Below, in pieces: positions 28,578-38,624 of a DNA stretch of 64,000 bases (position 1 is its first letter; every line of letters begins with the position of its first letter). The position numbers were made by a program, and so were the translations under genes. Under the pieces are notes generated by a model. It saw only the letters and a program-made list of their open reading frames with translations, was not told the DNA's origin and did no database searches. Origin of the DNA: Candidatus Omnitrophota bacterium (GTDB lineage: Bacteria > Omnitrophota > Gorgyraeia > Tantalellales > Tantalellaceae); assembly GCA_043813915.1 (NCBI GenBank), contig JBDRKO010000001.1, positions 64,835 to 128,834 of the forward strand. The letters run 5' to 3'.

Positions 28578-29322
28578 CTATATTTTCTGACGCTCCCTTT
28601 TTTAAAAAGTAATAACACCCCGCTCCGGCCGACAGTATAACAAGGCTCAATATCTGTGAAAGTTTCATCATGCCCAATACTCCCGGATTATCATCCCGCA
28701 TGAGATCCATAAAGAATCTAAGCGCCCCGTAGGACCTCAGGTATAAGGAAAATAAAAAACCCCGGAACCGCCTTTTTTTCCCGGCATACACTAGCAGCGC
28801 GAACAGACCGAATAAGAGCGCGCTTGAATAGAGCTGCGCAGGTATACGCTCCGTTCCATGTCCCGGAAAAAGCACCCTTATCCCGCTGTCCGACGGTATT
28901 CCGTAACAACAACCGTTAAAAAAACATCCGATACGGCCTATAGCCTGACCCAAAGCTATGTAAGGAGCGAAAACATCGGCCCCTTTCCAAAAAGGGATGT
29001 GCTTTGCCCTGGCGGCGAATAGTCCCCCGACAACAGCTCCCGCAAGCGCTCCCTGAAAGGCAAGTCCGCCTTCATGCAGCAGCAGTATCCTTCCCGGGAA
29101 CGAAAGATATTCTTTCCAGTTTATCGCGACAAAGAGCAGCCGGCCTCCCAGTACGCCGCTCAAAAGTATGATGACAACGCAATCCAGCATACTTCCCGGA
29201 TCCAGCCCTTCCTTTTTAGCGTCCTTCAAGATAAAAAGGACCGATATAACGAACGCAACGGCCAGGAACATACCGTATGTATACACCGTCAATGTCCCTA
29301 TTTGAAAAAGTATCCTATGCAT
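28552..29322 (-). CDS. lgt: prolipoprotein diacylglyceryl transferase
   Basis: Lgt signature membrane protein, 256 aa. Confidence 0.85.
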   Translation of the reverse strand: MHRILFQIGTLTVYTYGMFLAVAFVISVLFILKDAKKEGLDPGSMLDCVVIILLSGVLGGRLLFVAINWKEYLSFPGRILLLHEGGLAFQGALAGAVVGGLFAARAKHIPFWKGADVFAPYIALGQAIGRIGCFFNGCCYGIPSDSGIRVLFPGHGTERIPAQLYSSALLFGLFALLVYAGKKRRFRGFLFSLYLRSYGALRFFMDLMRDDNPGVLGMMKLSQILSLVILSAGAGCYYFLKKGASENIDGKDRVHS

Positions 29323-29337
29323 GCGTATCTCCGCCGT

Positions 29338-29853
29338 TCAACGGGCCGTCTTCTCCTCGTATTCGGGCCCCTTTTTCTCTCCTCTGACAATAGCTATCAT
29401 CAGAAGCACCGCTCCTATGCTGATAGCGCTGTCCGCGATATTAAAGACCGGCCAGACCCTGAAGTCGAAAAGATCTATTACATATCCCAAACGGACCCTG
29501 TCGATAAGATTTCCTACGGCTCCCCCGAGAATAAGGGCAAGCGCGGCGCGTTCCGTCGAGGTAAGTCTTTTTATTTTCGCCGTCAAAAGAAAGATAAGAA
29601 GTAGGATGGAAACGGCCGACACGGGAACGAATAGTCCCGGACTGCCGCTGAGCATGCCGAAAGCGGCGCCGGTATTCCGGACAAACGTTAAGTGGAACAT
29701 TCCTTTGATAAGAGGATAACTATCCCCCTGCCGCATGGTCTTTACGGCTAGATGTTTGGATACCTGATCCAGAACGCATATGGCCGACGCTGCCGTAAAA
29801 CAGCCGGTTATTTTTCTGAGGACCTTTCTTCCTTCTCCTGGCATTTGATACAA
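29338..29853 (-). CDS. lspA: lipoprotein signal peptidase II
   Basis: VRNTGAAFGM and NIADSAISIG motifs. Confidence 0.85.
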   Translation of the reverse strand: MYQMPGEGRKVLRKITGCFTAASAICVLDQVSKHLAVKTMRQGDSYPLIKGMFHLTFVRNTGAAFGMLSGSPGLFVPVSAVSILLLIFLLTAKIKRLTSTERAALALILGGAVGNLIDRVRLGYVIDLFDFRVWPVFNIADSAISIGAVLLMIAIVRGEKKGPEYEEKTAR

Positions 29854-30221
29854 TACTCCGCCTGTGGCATGGCTTTAAGACGCTGTTTTGATACGGCTCC
29901 GCCGCACGCGTCACATTTTCCGTAACTGCCGGCATCTATCCTTTTTATGGCCTCGTCGAGCGCGTACAGCCTTTCTCTTTCGGCTTCGGCGAGCTCCAAA
30001 GAGAACTCCCTGTCGTAAAGATCCGTTGCCATATCGGCCATATGAAAAGAATATCCCGACAGATCTCCCGAGGCGTCCTTTTGGGATTTGCTCAGGGATT
30101 CCCCTTTGATGCTGATCAGTTCCTGCAAGATCTGCGCCTTCTCTACTACCAGCCCCTTGCGTATATTTACAAGCTCCTGTTTTTTAAAGGGCTTTGAACC
30201 CGCGTTCTTTTTCTTATCCAT
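29808..30221 (-). CDS. DksA/TraR-family C4 zinc-finger protein
   Basis: C-terminal CDACGG...CIKCQ zinc finger with coiled-coil N-terminus; start taken at MDKKKNAG. Confidence 0.6.
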   Translation of the reverse strand: MDKKKNAGSKPFKKQELVNIRKGLVVEKAQILQELISIKGESLSKSQKDASGDLSGYSFHMADMATDLYDREFSLELAEAERERLYALDEAIKRIDAGSYGKCDACGGAVSKQRLKAMPQAEYCIKCQEKEERSSEK

Positions 30222-33015
30222 CTGCACCTCTCCTTTCTGACAGAACATTATAGCATCGTTCGCATAAATCATGAAAATCTTTATTCTCCCCGACGCTTAC
30301 ATCATAATTCCAACATCTCGAACATTTTTCTCCGTCGGCCTTAATGACCCCTATCTTAAGGCCCATATCCGGGATATCTGACATATTCTTATCGGCCGTG
30401 TCTTGTCCTCTGACCTGTGATACTTTGAATATTCCCGGGAGCAATCCGCTGTTCTCCTTGATGAACCCTTTCATTTCATCTTCTTCGGAAAAAAGCAGCA
30501 CCGCCGCCTCCAAAGAACTCCCGATAACACCTTTTTCCCTTTCTTTCTCCAGATGTTTCATCACCGCGTTCCGTATTTTCAGCATCCTCTCCCATTTCGC
30601 GTCCAGCACCGGGTCTTGATCTTCGGTCTGCGCGGGCCAGTCCGACATATGAACGCTCTCTTCTTTTCCTTTATATGTTATGTGTCCCCATGCTTCGTCA
30701 GCGGTAAACGGCATCATCGGCGCCATCAACCGGTCAAGGACATGGAATACCCGGAAGATCGCTGTTTGATGAGAACGTCTCTCGGCCGAATCAGGCTTCA
30801 ATATGTACAAAGTATCCTTAAGCACATCCATATAGAACGAGCTCACTTCATAAACGCAGAAATCGTAAACCGCCCTGTAGACCCTATGGAATTCCCACGT
30901 ATCATAATACGCCGTTACATCCTTTATAAGACCGGCCAATTGCGAAAGCATCCATCTGTCTATTTCCTTCATCCGCGCGCGTTCCAGAGAGTTCTTATCC
31001 GGATCGAAATCATACAGATTGCTCAAAAGGAACCTGAAAGTATTGCGCATTTTTCTATAACCGTCGGCAAGCCGTTCTAATATCTCTTCGGAAAGTTTTA
31101 TATCTACCTCGTAATCACTCGAAGCGACCCATAACCGTAAGATATCGGCCCCGTATTTACTGATTATCTCCTGCGGGCTTATGACATTGCCCGTTGATTT
31201 CGACATCTTTTTACCTTCACCGTCAACGACAAAACCGTGTGTCAGGACCTCGCGGTAAGGAGGTCTCCCCTCGGTCGCCATGGCCGTTATGAGCGACGAC
31301 TGGAACCATCCTCTGTGCTGGTCGGAACCTTCCAGATAAAGATCCGCGGGAAATGAAAGCTCCTCTCTGGCCCGGAGCACGGCTCTGTGGCTGACCCCCG
31401 AATCGAACCATACATCCAGGATATCATTTTCTCTGACAAATGTGTTCTTTCCGCAATGCCCGCATACTGTCCCTTCCGGGATAAGGTCCGCTATTCTCTT
31501 TTCGAACCACGCGTTAGAACCTTTTTCCCGGGTAAGCGCGGCCGCCTTTTTAATAACACCGGCATCCGTAAAGGTCTTCCCGCACGCCTCGCATTTAAAG
31601 GACGGAATAGGAACGCCCCAATACCTTTGCCGGGACAGGCACCAATCGGGCCGGCCTTCTACCATGGCCGCTATACGTTCTTCGCCCCGTTTCGGCGTCC
31701 ATTTCACATCTTCCCTGATAGCCCGGCTTATGTTCTCCCGGAGCCCTTCGTGGTCGACGTTCATGAACCACTGTTCGGTAGCGCGGAATATTATCGGGGA
31801 TCTACATCGCCAGCAATGGGGATAAGAATGACTGGTGTCTCCGGCATATATCATCGTGCCGCGTTCCTCCATAACCTTGATAATATCACCGTTCGCCTCT
31901 ATTACGTCGCGCCCCGCGAAAATACCAGCTTCCTTCTTGAATTTCCCTCTGTCATCGACCGGCATAATAACGGGAAGTCCGTATTTCTTACCGACAACAT
32001 GATCATCCTGTCCGTGTCCGGGAGCGATATGAACGCATCCGGTCCCGTCCTCCTTCGTGATATAATCCGCTTCTACGACAAGCGCCGCCCGGTCCAGGAA
32101 AGGATGTCTCAGTTCTTTATATTTCTCCGCGAGCGCCTTCCCCGAAAATTTTCCCGCTACCGAGTATTTTTCCGGACCCTTCTTATCCATAACGTTCTTT
32201 ACGAGGTCCTCGGCTATAACGAGAACCTCCGAGTCGGATTCGACCATGGAATAACTGAATTCGGAATGGACCGCTACCGCGGCATTCGCGAACAGCGTCC
32301 ACGGCGTGGTCGTCCATACGGCAAAATGCACCGGTTTCCCGTTCAGTTCGGCATCCGCCGAAAATCTTACGTATATCGACGGGGATACCTTGTCTTCATA
32401 CTCTACTTCGGCTTCCGCCAAAGCGGTCTCGCACTTACTGCACCAATTAACGGGTTTCAACCCCTTGTATATGTACCCTCTCTCATACAGGTCGGCCAAT
32501 GCGTCAAGAATACCGGCCTCGTACTCTTTGGTCAGAGTAAGATAAGGCGTGTCCCAATCCCCGAGTATCCCAAGCCGCTTGAACTCTTCGGCCTGTATCT
32601 TCACGAATTTCATCGCGTATGTGTAGGCTTTTTTCCTGAATTCCACCTGCCCGATATCGTCCTTTGTCATTTTCAGTTCTTTGAACAGCTGATGTTCGAC
32701 AGGCAGACCGTGACAGTCCCATCCGGGGACATACGGCGCGTAATACCCGCGCATTGTAAAATATTTTACGCACATATCCTTGAGTATTTTATTGAGCGCG
32801 TGCCCCAGATGGATATGTCCGTTGGCGTAAGGCGGACCGTCATGCAGAAGAAAACTTTTGCCCGAGTTCTTTCTTCTGCCGATAATTTCGCGGTAGAGTT
32901 CCTTCTCCTCCCATATCTTAAGCCTCTCCGGCTCCCTTTGAGGCAAATTGGCCTTCATTGAAAACCCGGTCTTAGGCAGGTTCAGCGTATCTTTATATCC
33001 GTTCTTCTCCGACAT
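30214..33015 (-). CDS. ileS: isoleucyl-tRNA synthetase
   Basis: HIGH (HLGHALN) and KMSKS motifs, 933 aa, C-terminal zinc motif. Confidence 0.95.
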   Translation of the reverse strand: MSEKNGYKDTLNLPKTGFSMKANLPQREPERLKIWEEKELYREIIGRRKNSGKSFLLHDGPPYANGHIHLGHALNKILKDMCVKYFTMRGYYAPYVPGWDCHGLPVEHQLFKELKMTKDDIGQVEFRKKAYTYAMKFVKIQAEEFKRLGILGDWDTPYLTLTKEYEAGILDALADLYERGYIYKGLKPVNWCSKCETALAEAEVEYEDKVSPSIYVRFSADAELNGKPVHFAVWTTTPWTLFANAAVAVHSEFSYSMVESDSEVLVIAEDLVKNVMDKKGPEKYSVAGKFSGKALAEKYKELRHPFLDRAALVVEADYITKEDGTGCVHIAPGHGQDDHVVGKKYGLPVIMPVDDRGKFKKEAGIFAGRDVIEANGDIIKVMEERGTMIYAGDTSHSYPHCWRCRSPIIFRATEQWFMNVDHEGLRENISRAIREDVKWTPKRGEERIAAMVEGRPDWCLSRQRYWGVPIPSFKCEACGKTFTDAGVIKKAAALTREKGSNAWFEKRIADLIPEGTVCGHCGKNTFVRENDILDVWFDSGVSHRAVLRAREELSFPADLYLEGSDQHRGWFQSSLITAMATEGRPPYREVLTHGFVVDGEGKKMSKSTGNVISPQEIISKYGADILRLWVASSDYEVDIKLSEEILERLADGYRKMRNTFRFLLSNLYDFDPDKNSLERARMKEIDRWMLSQLAGLIKDVTAYYDTWEFHRVYRAVYDFCVYEVSSFYMDVLKDTLYILKPDSAERRSHQTAIFRVFHVLDRLMAPMMPFTADEAWGHITYKGKEESVHMSDWPAQTEDQDPVLDAKWERMLKIRNAVMKHLEKEREKGVIGSSLEAAVLLFSEEDEMKGFIKENSGLLPGIFKVSQVRGQDTADKNMSDIPDMGLKIGVIKADGEKCSRCWNYDVSVGENKDFHDLCERCYNVLSERRGADG

Positions 33016-33037
33016 ATCGTCCTCTTATGGATATCAC

Positions 33038-33901
33038 TTAAATAAATCCGTCTATGATGGGCCTAAGCCTGTCTAATGTCGTCTGAGGCACGTGCTCTTT
33101 AGGTGTAAAGATCGCGTTCTCCAGCGCCCTGCCGCATACGCACGAACGCTTCTGGGGCATATGCTTTATGGTTGCCGACAATATCTTCTTGGCGGTATCT
33201 ATGTTCTTTGCCACAGTCCTGATTATCATCTCTATAGTAACGCTTTCCGCGTCTTTTCCGGTCCTCCAGCAGTCATAGTCCGTTATCATCGCGATCGTAG
33301 CGTAACACATCCCCGCTTCCCTTGCCAAGCGCGCTTCCTGCATATTCGTCATACCGATAACGTCCATACCCCAACTGCGGTAAAGCGCCGATTCGGCTCT
33401 GGTAGAAAAAGCGGGACCCTCCATGTTCAGATAGATCCCTCTTTCATGCACTTTCGCACCCGTCCCGCGGCTGTTATCCAGTATGCTCTGCCGCAATTCA
33501 CCGCATACGGGATCGGCCATAGACACATGGGCCACTATACCGTCACCGAAAAAGGTCGTCGGCCTTCCCTGGTTGGTCCGGTCCACGAACTGGTCCACAA
33601 GAAGAACGTCCGATGGACGTATCTCTTCTTTGAGACTTCCCACCGCGGATACCGATATCACCCTGTCAACACCGATCACTTTTAACGCGTAGATATTGGC
33701 GCGAAAATTTATCTCCGAAGGCGATATGCTGTGTGCTCTGCCGTGCCTGGGCAGGAACACGACCCCTTTATCCCCTAATTCCCCGAAAACGAGTTCATCG
33801 GACGGCTCCCCGAAAGGAGTGCTGACCTTTTTTTTCTCCAAGATCTTCATCCCCTTCATCTCATAAAGCGCGCTGCCGCCGATAATACCTATCTTATTCA
33901 T
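33038..33901 (-). CDS. mtnP: 5'-methylthioadenosine/purine nucleoside phosphorylase
   Basis: PNP/MTAP family (IGIIGGS..., FLPRHGRAH); start at MNKIGIIGGS. Confidence 0.8.
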   Translation of the reverse strand: MNKIGIIGGSALYEMKGMKILEKKKVSTPFGEPSDELVFGELGDKGVVFLPRHGRAHSISPSEINFRANIYALKVIGVDRVISVSAVGSLKEEIRPSDVLLVDQFVDRTNQGRPTTFFGDGIVAHVSMADPVCGELRQSILDNSRGTGAKVHERGIYLNMEGPAFSTRAESALYRSWGMDVIGMTNMQEARLAREAGMCYATIAMITDYDCWRTGKDAESVTIEMIIRTVAKNIDTAKKILSATIKHMPQKRSCVCGRALENAIFTPKEHVPQTTLDRLRPIIDGFI

Positions 33902-34007
33902 ATTTACACCTAATGTTACGCGATCCAAAAACCATATTAGACCATAGACCGTAGACAACAGCCTGCATATTTTAAATATCTTTTAAAGAAAGCGCCTAAG
34001 CTATGGT

Positions 34008-34229
34008 CTATCGCCCAACTATCTCTATTAACTTTTTCCGTGATGTCTTTCCTTTAACTATGATCACGTCCTTCTTTCTCACTCCGTACTCTTCCGCCAA
34101 AAGCGCTATAACAGCTTTGTTCGCCTTTCCTTTATCCGGGGCAGCATTGACATACACCCTCGTCTTCCCTTCCTTAATTACGATCTCTTCCCTGGAAGCT
34201 CCTGTCGTAACTCTTATCTCCAGCTTCAT
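34008..34229 (-). CDS. yggU: DUF167/YggU-family protein
   Basis: 73 aa, KGKANKAVIALLAE motif. Confidence 0.7.
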   Translation of the reverse strand: MKLEIRVTTGASREEIVIKEGKTRVYVNAAPDKGKANKAVIALLAEEYGVRKKDVIIVKGKTSRKKLIEIVGR

Positions 34230-34525
34230 CAGCCTAACCTTGCGGCCAAGTGGTAAAGGACATTGACTATAAAATTTTTTGCCACGCTGATCAGCAGGAA
34301 CGCTACGATAGGCGAAAAATCCATCATACCCGCCTGCAAAGGCAGTCTCTTCAGCGGCGCCAATATCGGATCGGTCACCCTATAGACAATGCTTACCATC
34401 TCGCTGTATGGATCCGCTCCCACCCAGGAAAGTATTATGCGTATGACCAGAAGAAAGTATACTATGTTAAAAATAAGAGAGATCAGAAGAGCAAAGCTTT
34501 TTATCATTTCGCCCAATATGAACAT
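34229..34525 (-). CDS. yggT: YggT/Ycf19-family membrane protein
   Basis: RIILSWVGADPY...VTDPILAPLKRL signature. Confidence 0.7.
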   Translation of the reverse strand: MFILGEMIKSFALLISLIFNIVYFLLVIRIILSWVGADPYSEMVSIVYRVTDPILAPLKRLPLQAGMMDFSPIVAFLLISVAKNFIVNVLYHLAARLG

Positions 34526-35320
34526 CTATTTCCCTCCCGAAAGTTCTTCCGAACGTTCTTTCGCTTTCAGAACAGCTTCTTTAACGGCGTCACGTATCCC
34601 GCGGTCACTGAATACCTTGAGCGCGGCTTCCGTGGTCCCTCCTTTCGAAGCTACCTTATCTATCATCACCTGGGGATCCGCGCCCGAGACAGCGAGCAGC
34701 TCGCCCGCTCCCGTCAGTGTTTCAGTGACCAGTTTCTTGACGGTTTCCGCATTCATACCCATATTTTTTCCGGCACTCTCCATAGCCTCGGCCAGATAAA
34801 AAAGATACGCGGGTCCCGAGCCGGAGAGCGCCGTAACAGCGTCCATTTCGTCCTCATTGACCTCAACGACAGTTCCTACGCTCTCGAATATGGTCATAAT
34901 AGCGTTTTTGTCCTGGACTTTGTCATTGAACGATATTCCCGTAACGCTCCTTTTGATGAACGCCGCCATGTTGGGCATAGCACGGGCCACCGGCACTTCT
35001 TTACCGATCTTTTCTGTTATAGAACCGGCTGTTACTCCGGCCATCACCGATACTATTGTCTGTCCCGAAAGATAAGACCGGATCTCCTCCAAAAGGCCAC
35101 CGGCATCCTGAGGTTTGACCGCAAGCAGCAGCACATCGCTCTTATCCGTGATCTCCCTGATACTCATCGCTTCGGCGCCTGTTTCCCGGGACAGAACTTG
35201 GGCTTTCCGGGGATCCTTATCGTTAAGCAGGACCTGTTCCTTGCGTAGGGTCCCCTTGTCGATCAACCCGCGTATTATCGCTCCGCCCATATTCCCGCAC
35301 CCGAATACTCCCAGCTTCAT
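34526..35320 (-). CDS. proC: pyrroline-5-carboxylate reductase
   Basis: MKLGVFGCGNMGGAI Rossmann N-terminus and ProC C-terminal domain; upstream extension of the ORF rejected. Confidence 0.8.
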   Translation of the reverse strand: MKLGVFGCGNMGGAIIRGLIDKGTLRKEQVLLNDKDPRKAQVLSRETGAEAMSIREITDKSDVLLLAVKPQDAGGLLEEIRSYLSGQTIVSVMAGVTAGSITEKIGKEVPVARAMPNMAAFIKRSVTGISFNDKVQDKNAIMTIFESVGTVVEVNEDEMDAVTALSGSGPAYLFYLAEAMESAGKNMGMNAETVKKLVTETLTGAGELLAVSGADPQVMIDKVASKGGTTEAALKVFSDRGIRDAVKEAVLKAKERSEELSGGK

Positions 35321-35561
35321 CACGGACCGCCTTGTTCTTTTTGAGTAAGCCCTGCTTAAACACCTATATATGCAGAAGTAATGGTTAAAAGTATCATAAT
35401 CTTCCTCTGATGTCAAATAGGATTATCCCGGGCCTTTCAAATCCCCGGGGACAGCAGAGGTCCGTTCGGATCTGACGGACCGAAAACGCGCTTAATGCGT
35501 TTAATAACCATTAGAAGGATCGTAACAAGGTGCAGTTTGAAGATGGGCTTGAGAACTTGGC

Positions 35562-35790
35562 AATATCCGTCAATTTACCGATACCCCGGGCTAAAGACCG
35601 GAGCTTGCTTGCCCTGAGCGAAGCCGAAGGGCTTGCCCTGAGCGAAGCCGAAGGGCTTGCCCTGCCTGCCCCGCCTGTCCCGAGCAAAGCCGAGGGGAGT
35701 TTGTCGAGGGGAGCGAACCCGAAGGGTTCCCTATCGACCCGGCACGGCAGTGTCCCGAGCAAAGCGAGGGGAGCACCGGCGAATGGGTGA
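35562..35790. repeat. intergenic repeat element copy 1, abutting ftsA stop, with internal 25-bp tandem expansion
   Basis: TGTCAATTTACCGATACCCCGGGCTAAAGACCGGAGCTTGCTTGCCCTGAGCGAAGCCGAAGGG ... GGCGAATGGGTGAA; about 2.5 tandem GCTTGCCCTGAGCGAAGCCGAAGGG units plus degenerate units; inverted copy at 53135-53262. Confidence 0.55.
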
Positions 35791-35792
35791 AC

Positions 35793-36860
35793 TTAGAAAT
35801 AACTGTCAATAAAATTGATGATCTTATCCGCGGCACCTTTAAAAAGATCCGTGTTCCTCCTATCCTTTAGGCGTTCGGAGTATAAGTAGTCCAGCATACC
35901 CAGACTGCCTACGTACCCAACCCTATCCTGCGGCAATTTCTCGAAAGGACGGACCGAACAGTTCCCGATCTTCACGGGAAGCTTGAACACATTTTCCGCC
36001 GCGTCTATAAATTCTTCCGTCATCGCGTCCTCAAAAAAGACAACGATCTTACGGACTTTATCCCATCCCTCTAAACTTTTGGTATCCGAATAAAGCGTCC
36101 GGAGCGCCTCTTCCTGTACACCCGCCTCTCCTGACATCATCTCCTCGGTTCCGCCGTGCGATACGCGTACTCCGCACAATATGCCGTCGTTGAACACGAG
36201 CGTTTCCTGAAGGTCCCTGCGGATAGCCAGAAAAATAGCTCCTTTCTGCATATCCTCTTCCGAAAGTATCCTATAAGCCGAAGCCAGTCCCGAAAAAATG
36301 AACCCCGCGGGAACGGATCCGGAATCCGCTATGACCCTTTGCATGTTCCTTATGACGGAAGAATTTACCGTTACGACGTTCACGTGGGCATCCAGCTTGA
36401 TCCCTTCAAGGTTGAATGGATCATGAATACCGTCTTCCCCGTCAACCGCGAACCCGGCCACTATGCGGTGGATGGGCTCCTTCTCTATAGGCATCTTTAC
36501 GATAGAGGCCATTTTGATACATCGCTTAATGTCAAAACGCGATATCTCCCTGCCGTACTTAGACACGAGTACGGTACCTATCCCTTTCGTGAGACCCAAG
36601 GAGGAAGAGCTTATACCCGCGTATACATCTCTTATCCCCTTGGTATCCAGCCGTCCTATGACCTCTCCGATCGTATCGGTCGCGGCTCCGGAGTCAGAGA
36701 CAGCTCCCCTGAGGAACCCTCTGGAAGGGACCCTGGAGAATTTCTCTATGGCATAATCACCGCTCCGGTTCCATCTGACCGAGACGGCCGTGACATTCGT
36801 GCTGCCGATGTTCACCGTCGCAAAATATTTACCCATCGAACGTCCTTGTTTTGTTACCAT
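35793..36860 (-). CDS. ftsA: cell division protein FtsA
   Basis: Actin-like fold, 355 aa, immediately after ftsQ. Confidence 0.85.
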   Translation of the reverse strand: MVTKQGRSMGKYFATVNIGSTNVTAVSVRWNRSGDYAIEKFSRVPSRGFLRGAVSDSGAATDTIGEVIGRLDTKGIRDVYAGISSSSLGLTKGIGTVLVSKYGREISRFDIKRCIKMASIVKMPIEKEPIHRIVAGFAVDGEDGIHDPFNLEGIKLDAHVNVVTVNSSVIRNMQRVIADSGSVPAGFIFSGLASAYRILSEEDMQKGAIFLAIRRDLQETLVFNDGILCGVRVSHGGTEEMMSGEAGVQEEALRTLYSDTKSLEGWDKVRKIVVFFEDAMTEEFIDAAENVFKLPVKIGNCSVRPFEKLPQDRVGYVGSLGMLDYLYSERLKDRRNTDLFKGAADKIINFIDSYF

Positions 36861-37642
36861 TATCTGGGGGATAATACGGCATCATCGAACCTGAGATCGA
36901 TATAGTTCATGTCGACTATGTCCATATCCGGATCCCGAATGATCTCCCTCAGTTTTTCAAGTTTAGAACGGAAATTGTCCGCGCCCATTTTGATCAAAAC
37001 GCCTTTCACGGAAAGAGTCGTGTTCCTGCTGTCCGAGACATCAATACTGTCTACCTCCGTCCTCGTTCCGCTGAAGATCTCGTCAACGGCTTTCAGCAGA
37101 ACAAGCGCCTTGTCCAAATTCCTATTGCTGATAATGCTTCCTTTAGCCGGCGACTTGAAAATAAAATTCACTCCTATGATCTTGGTAAGGTTCTTCGGCT
37201 CGTTCCCTATGTCCAGGACAAAACCTTCTCTGTCTATGATCACCCCTCCCAGAGAATCTATCACCGCTATAGGTTCTCTGGATATTATCTCCACATAAAG
37301 CGTATCGGGAAGTATCCTCCGGACTTCGACCCTTTTAAAATGCCCGAAATCATTCCGTATCAGGCCTTCCGTCTGTTTAAGGTCGATGCTGAAAATGTTC
37401 CGCCCCAAATACCGTTCCCGTATCTTCCCCTCGTCCTCATTGAACGAGTAGCCTTTTATATTATTGACGGTCACTTTTCTTATCTCAAAAGTCCCGCTGC
37501 TCAGAACCGTCCTTACGGCAGCCGATCCCATGCCTATCAGGAGAGCCGCGCCGATAACTAAGAACAGCACGCCCCTGTTCCTCCGGACCTTTTCAAAAAG
37601 ACCCGATGCCATTCCGTTTTTTTTGCTTTTTTTTCTCGCCAC
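36860..37642 (-). CDS. ftsQ: cell division protein FtsQ (POTRA)
   Basis: N-terminal TM then POTRA/FtsQ domain, between ddl and ftsA. Confidence 0.75.
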   Translation of the reverse strand: MARKKSKKNGMASGLFEKVRRNRGVLFLVIGAALLIGMGSAAVRTVLSSGTFEIRKVTVNNIKGYSFNEDEGKIRERYLGRNIFSIDLKQTEGLIRNDFGHFKRVEVRRILPDTLYVEIISREPIAVIDSLGGVIIDREGFVLDIGNEPKNLTKIIGVNFIFKSPAKGSIISNRNLDKALVLLKAVDEIFSGTRTEVDSIDVSDSRNTTLSVKGVLIKMGADNFRSKLEKLREIIRDPDMDIVDMNYIDLRFDDAVLSPR

Positions 37643-37691
37643 TCTTCCTCCTTGTCAGGATAATGTTACGGCTTATCCCGGGCTGCCGTGC

Positions 37692-38624
37692 TCATCCCGC
37701 GCTAAGAGCCGTAAGAAGCATTCTAACACATAGTTCGGAAAAATCTATACCCTCTTCCCTGGCCGCCATCGGAAGAAGACTTCTTTCGGTAAGCCCCGGT
37801 ATGGTATTGACCTCCAGAACGTACATATCTCCGTTCGCCGAAGCTATCATGTCCACTCTGGAGAACCCGGAACATCCGAGCACTTTGTGCGCCTTAAGCC
37901 CCGCATCCTGAGCCATCCCGTATGCTTCCTCGGTCAGCCCGGCGGGCACTATGTATTTTGTCCGGCTCGAGGTATATTTGGAATGAAAATCATACGTGCC
38001 GCATTCCGGTTCTATTTCTACGACGGGCAGGGCCTTTTCGTCAAGTATCCCTACCGTTATCTCTCGGCCCGATATATACCGTTCCGCGATAACGTCCGGC
38101 CCGAATTTCAACGCTTCGCGCACGGCCTCCTTTAACCCCTCCTCCGAGGGAACAAAGGACAGCCCTATGCTAGACCCCTCTTTCGCGGGCTTTATTACGC
38201 ACGGAAAACCGATCTCGCCGGAAACGATGTGTTCTTCTGACCGTACGATCTCATATTCGGGGATCTTTATCCCGGCGCTATGAAGTCTTTTTTTTGTCTC
38301 TATTTTATCGAAAGCTATGCGGGATGCTTCGGGACCCGACCCGCTATAAGGGATACCCTTCCCCTCCAGTATGGACTGGACGGTCCCGTCCTCCCCGTAT
38401 TTCCCGTGCATCGCTATGAAAGCTACGGTAACACCCGAAATTTCCTCATCCCTTATAGAACCGTTCTTTTCTACCTCTATCAATACCGTGTTGAGGCCAA
38501 GCTCTTGGAACGCGCCGAACACCGCGCGGGCGCTTTTAAGACTTATGTCCCTTTCGCTGGAAGGCCCTCCCGCCAGAACACCTATCCTGTGGCCTCGAAG
38601 CGCTTCCATCCCGTTATTTTTCAT
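37692..38624 (-). CDS. ddl: D-alanine--D-alanine ligase
   Basis: ATP-grasp fold, GVLAGGPSSERDISL N-terminus. Confidence 0.9.
   Translation of the reverse strand: MKNNGMEALRGHRIGVLAGGPSSERDISLKSARAVFGAFQELGLNTVLIEVEKNGSIRDEEISGVTVAFIAMHGKYGEDGTVQSILEGKGIPYSGSGPEASRIAFDKIETKKRLHSAGIKIPEYEIVRSEEHIVSGEIGFPCVIKPAKEGSSIGLSFVPSEEGLKEAVREALKFGPDVIAERYISGREITVGILDEKALPVVEIEPECGTYDFHSKYTSSRTKYIVPAGLTEEAYGMAQDAGLKAHKVLGCSGFSRVDMIASANGDMYVLEVNTIPGLTERSLLPMAAREEGIDFSELCVRMLLTALSAG

Noticed and set aside
35590-35700. Possible CRISPR array (tandem 25-bp repeats)
   Set aside because: The units abut directly without unique spacers, only 2-3 copies are present, the later units degenerate progressively, and there are no cas genes. 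It is a simple tandem duplication inside a dispersed repeat.
35511-35836. Three overlapping small ORFs (35511-35762, 35530-35790, 35591-35836) rich in Ala/Ser/Leu/Arg
   Set aside because: They lie entirely inside the tandem 25-bp repeat element and are repetitive translations of it (SEAEGLALSEAEGLAL and similar); they are not genes.
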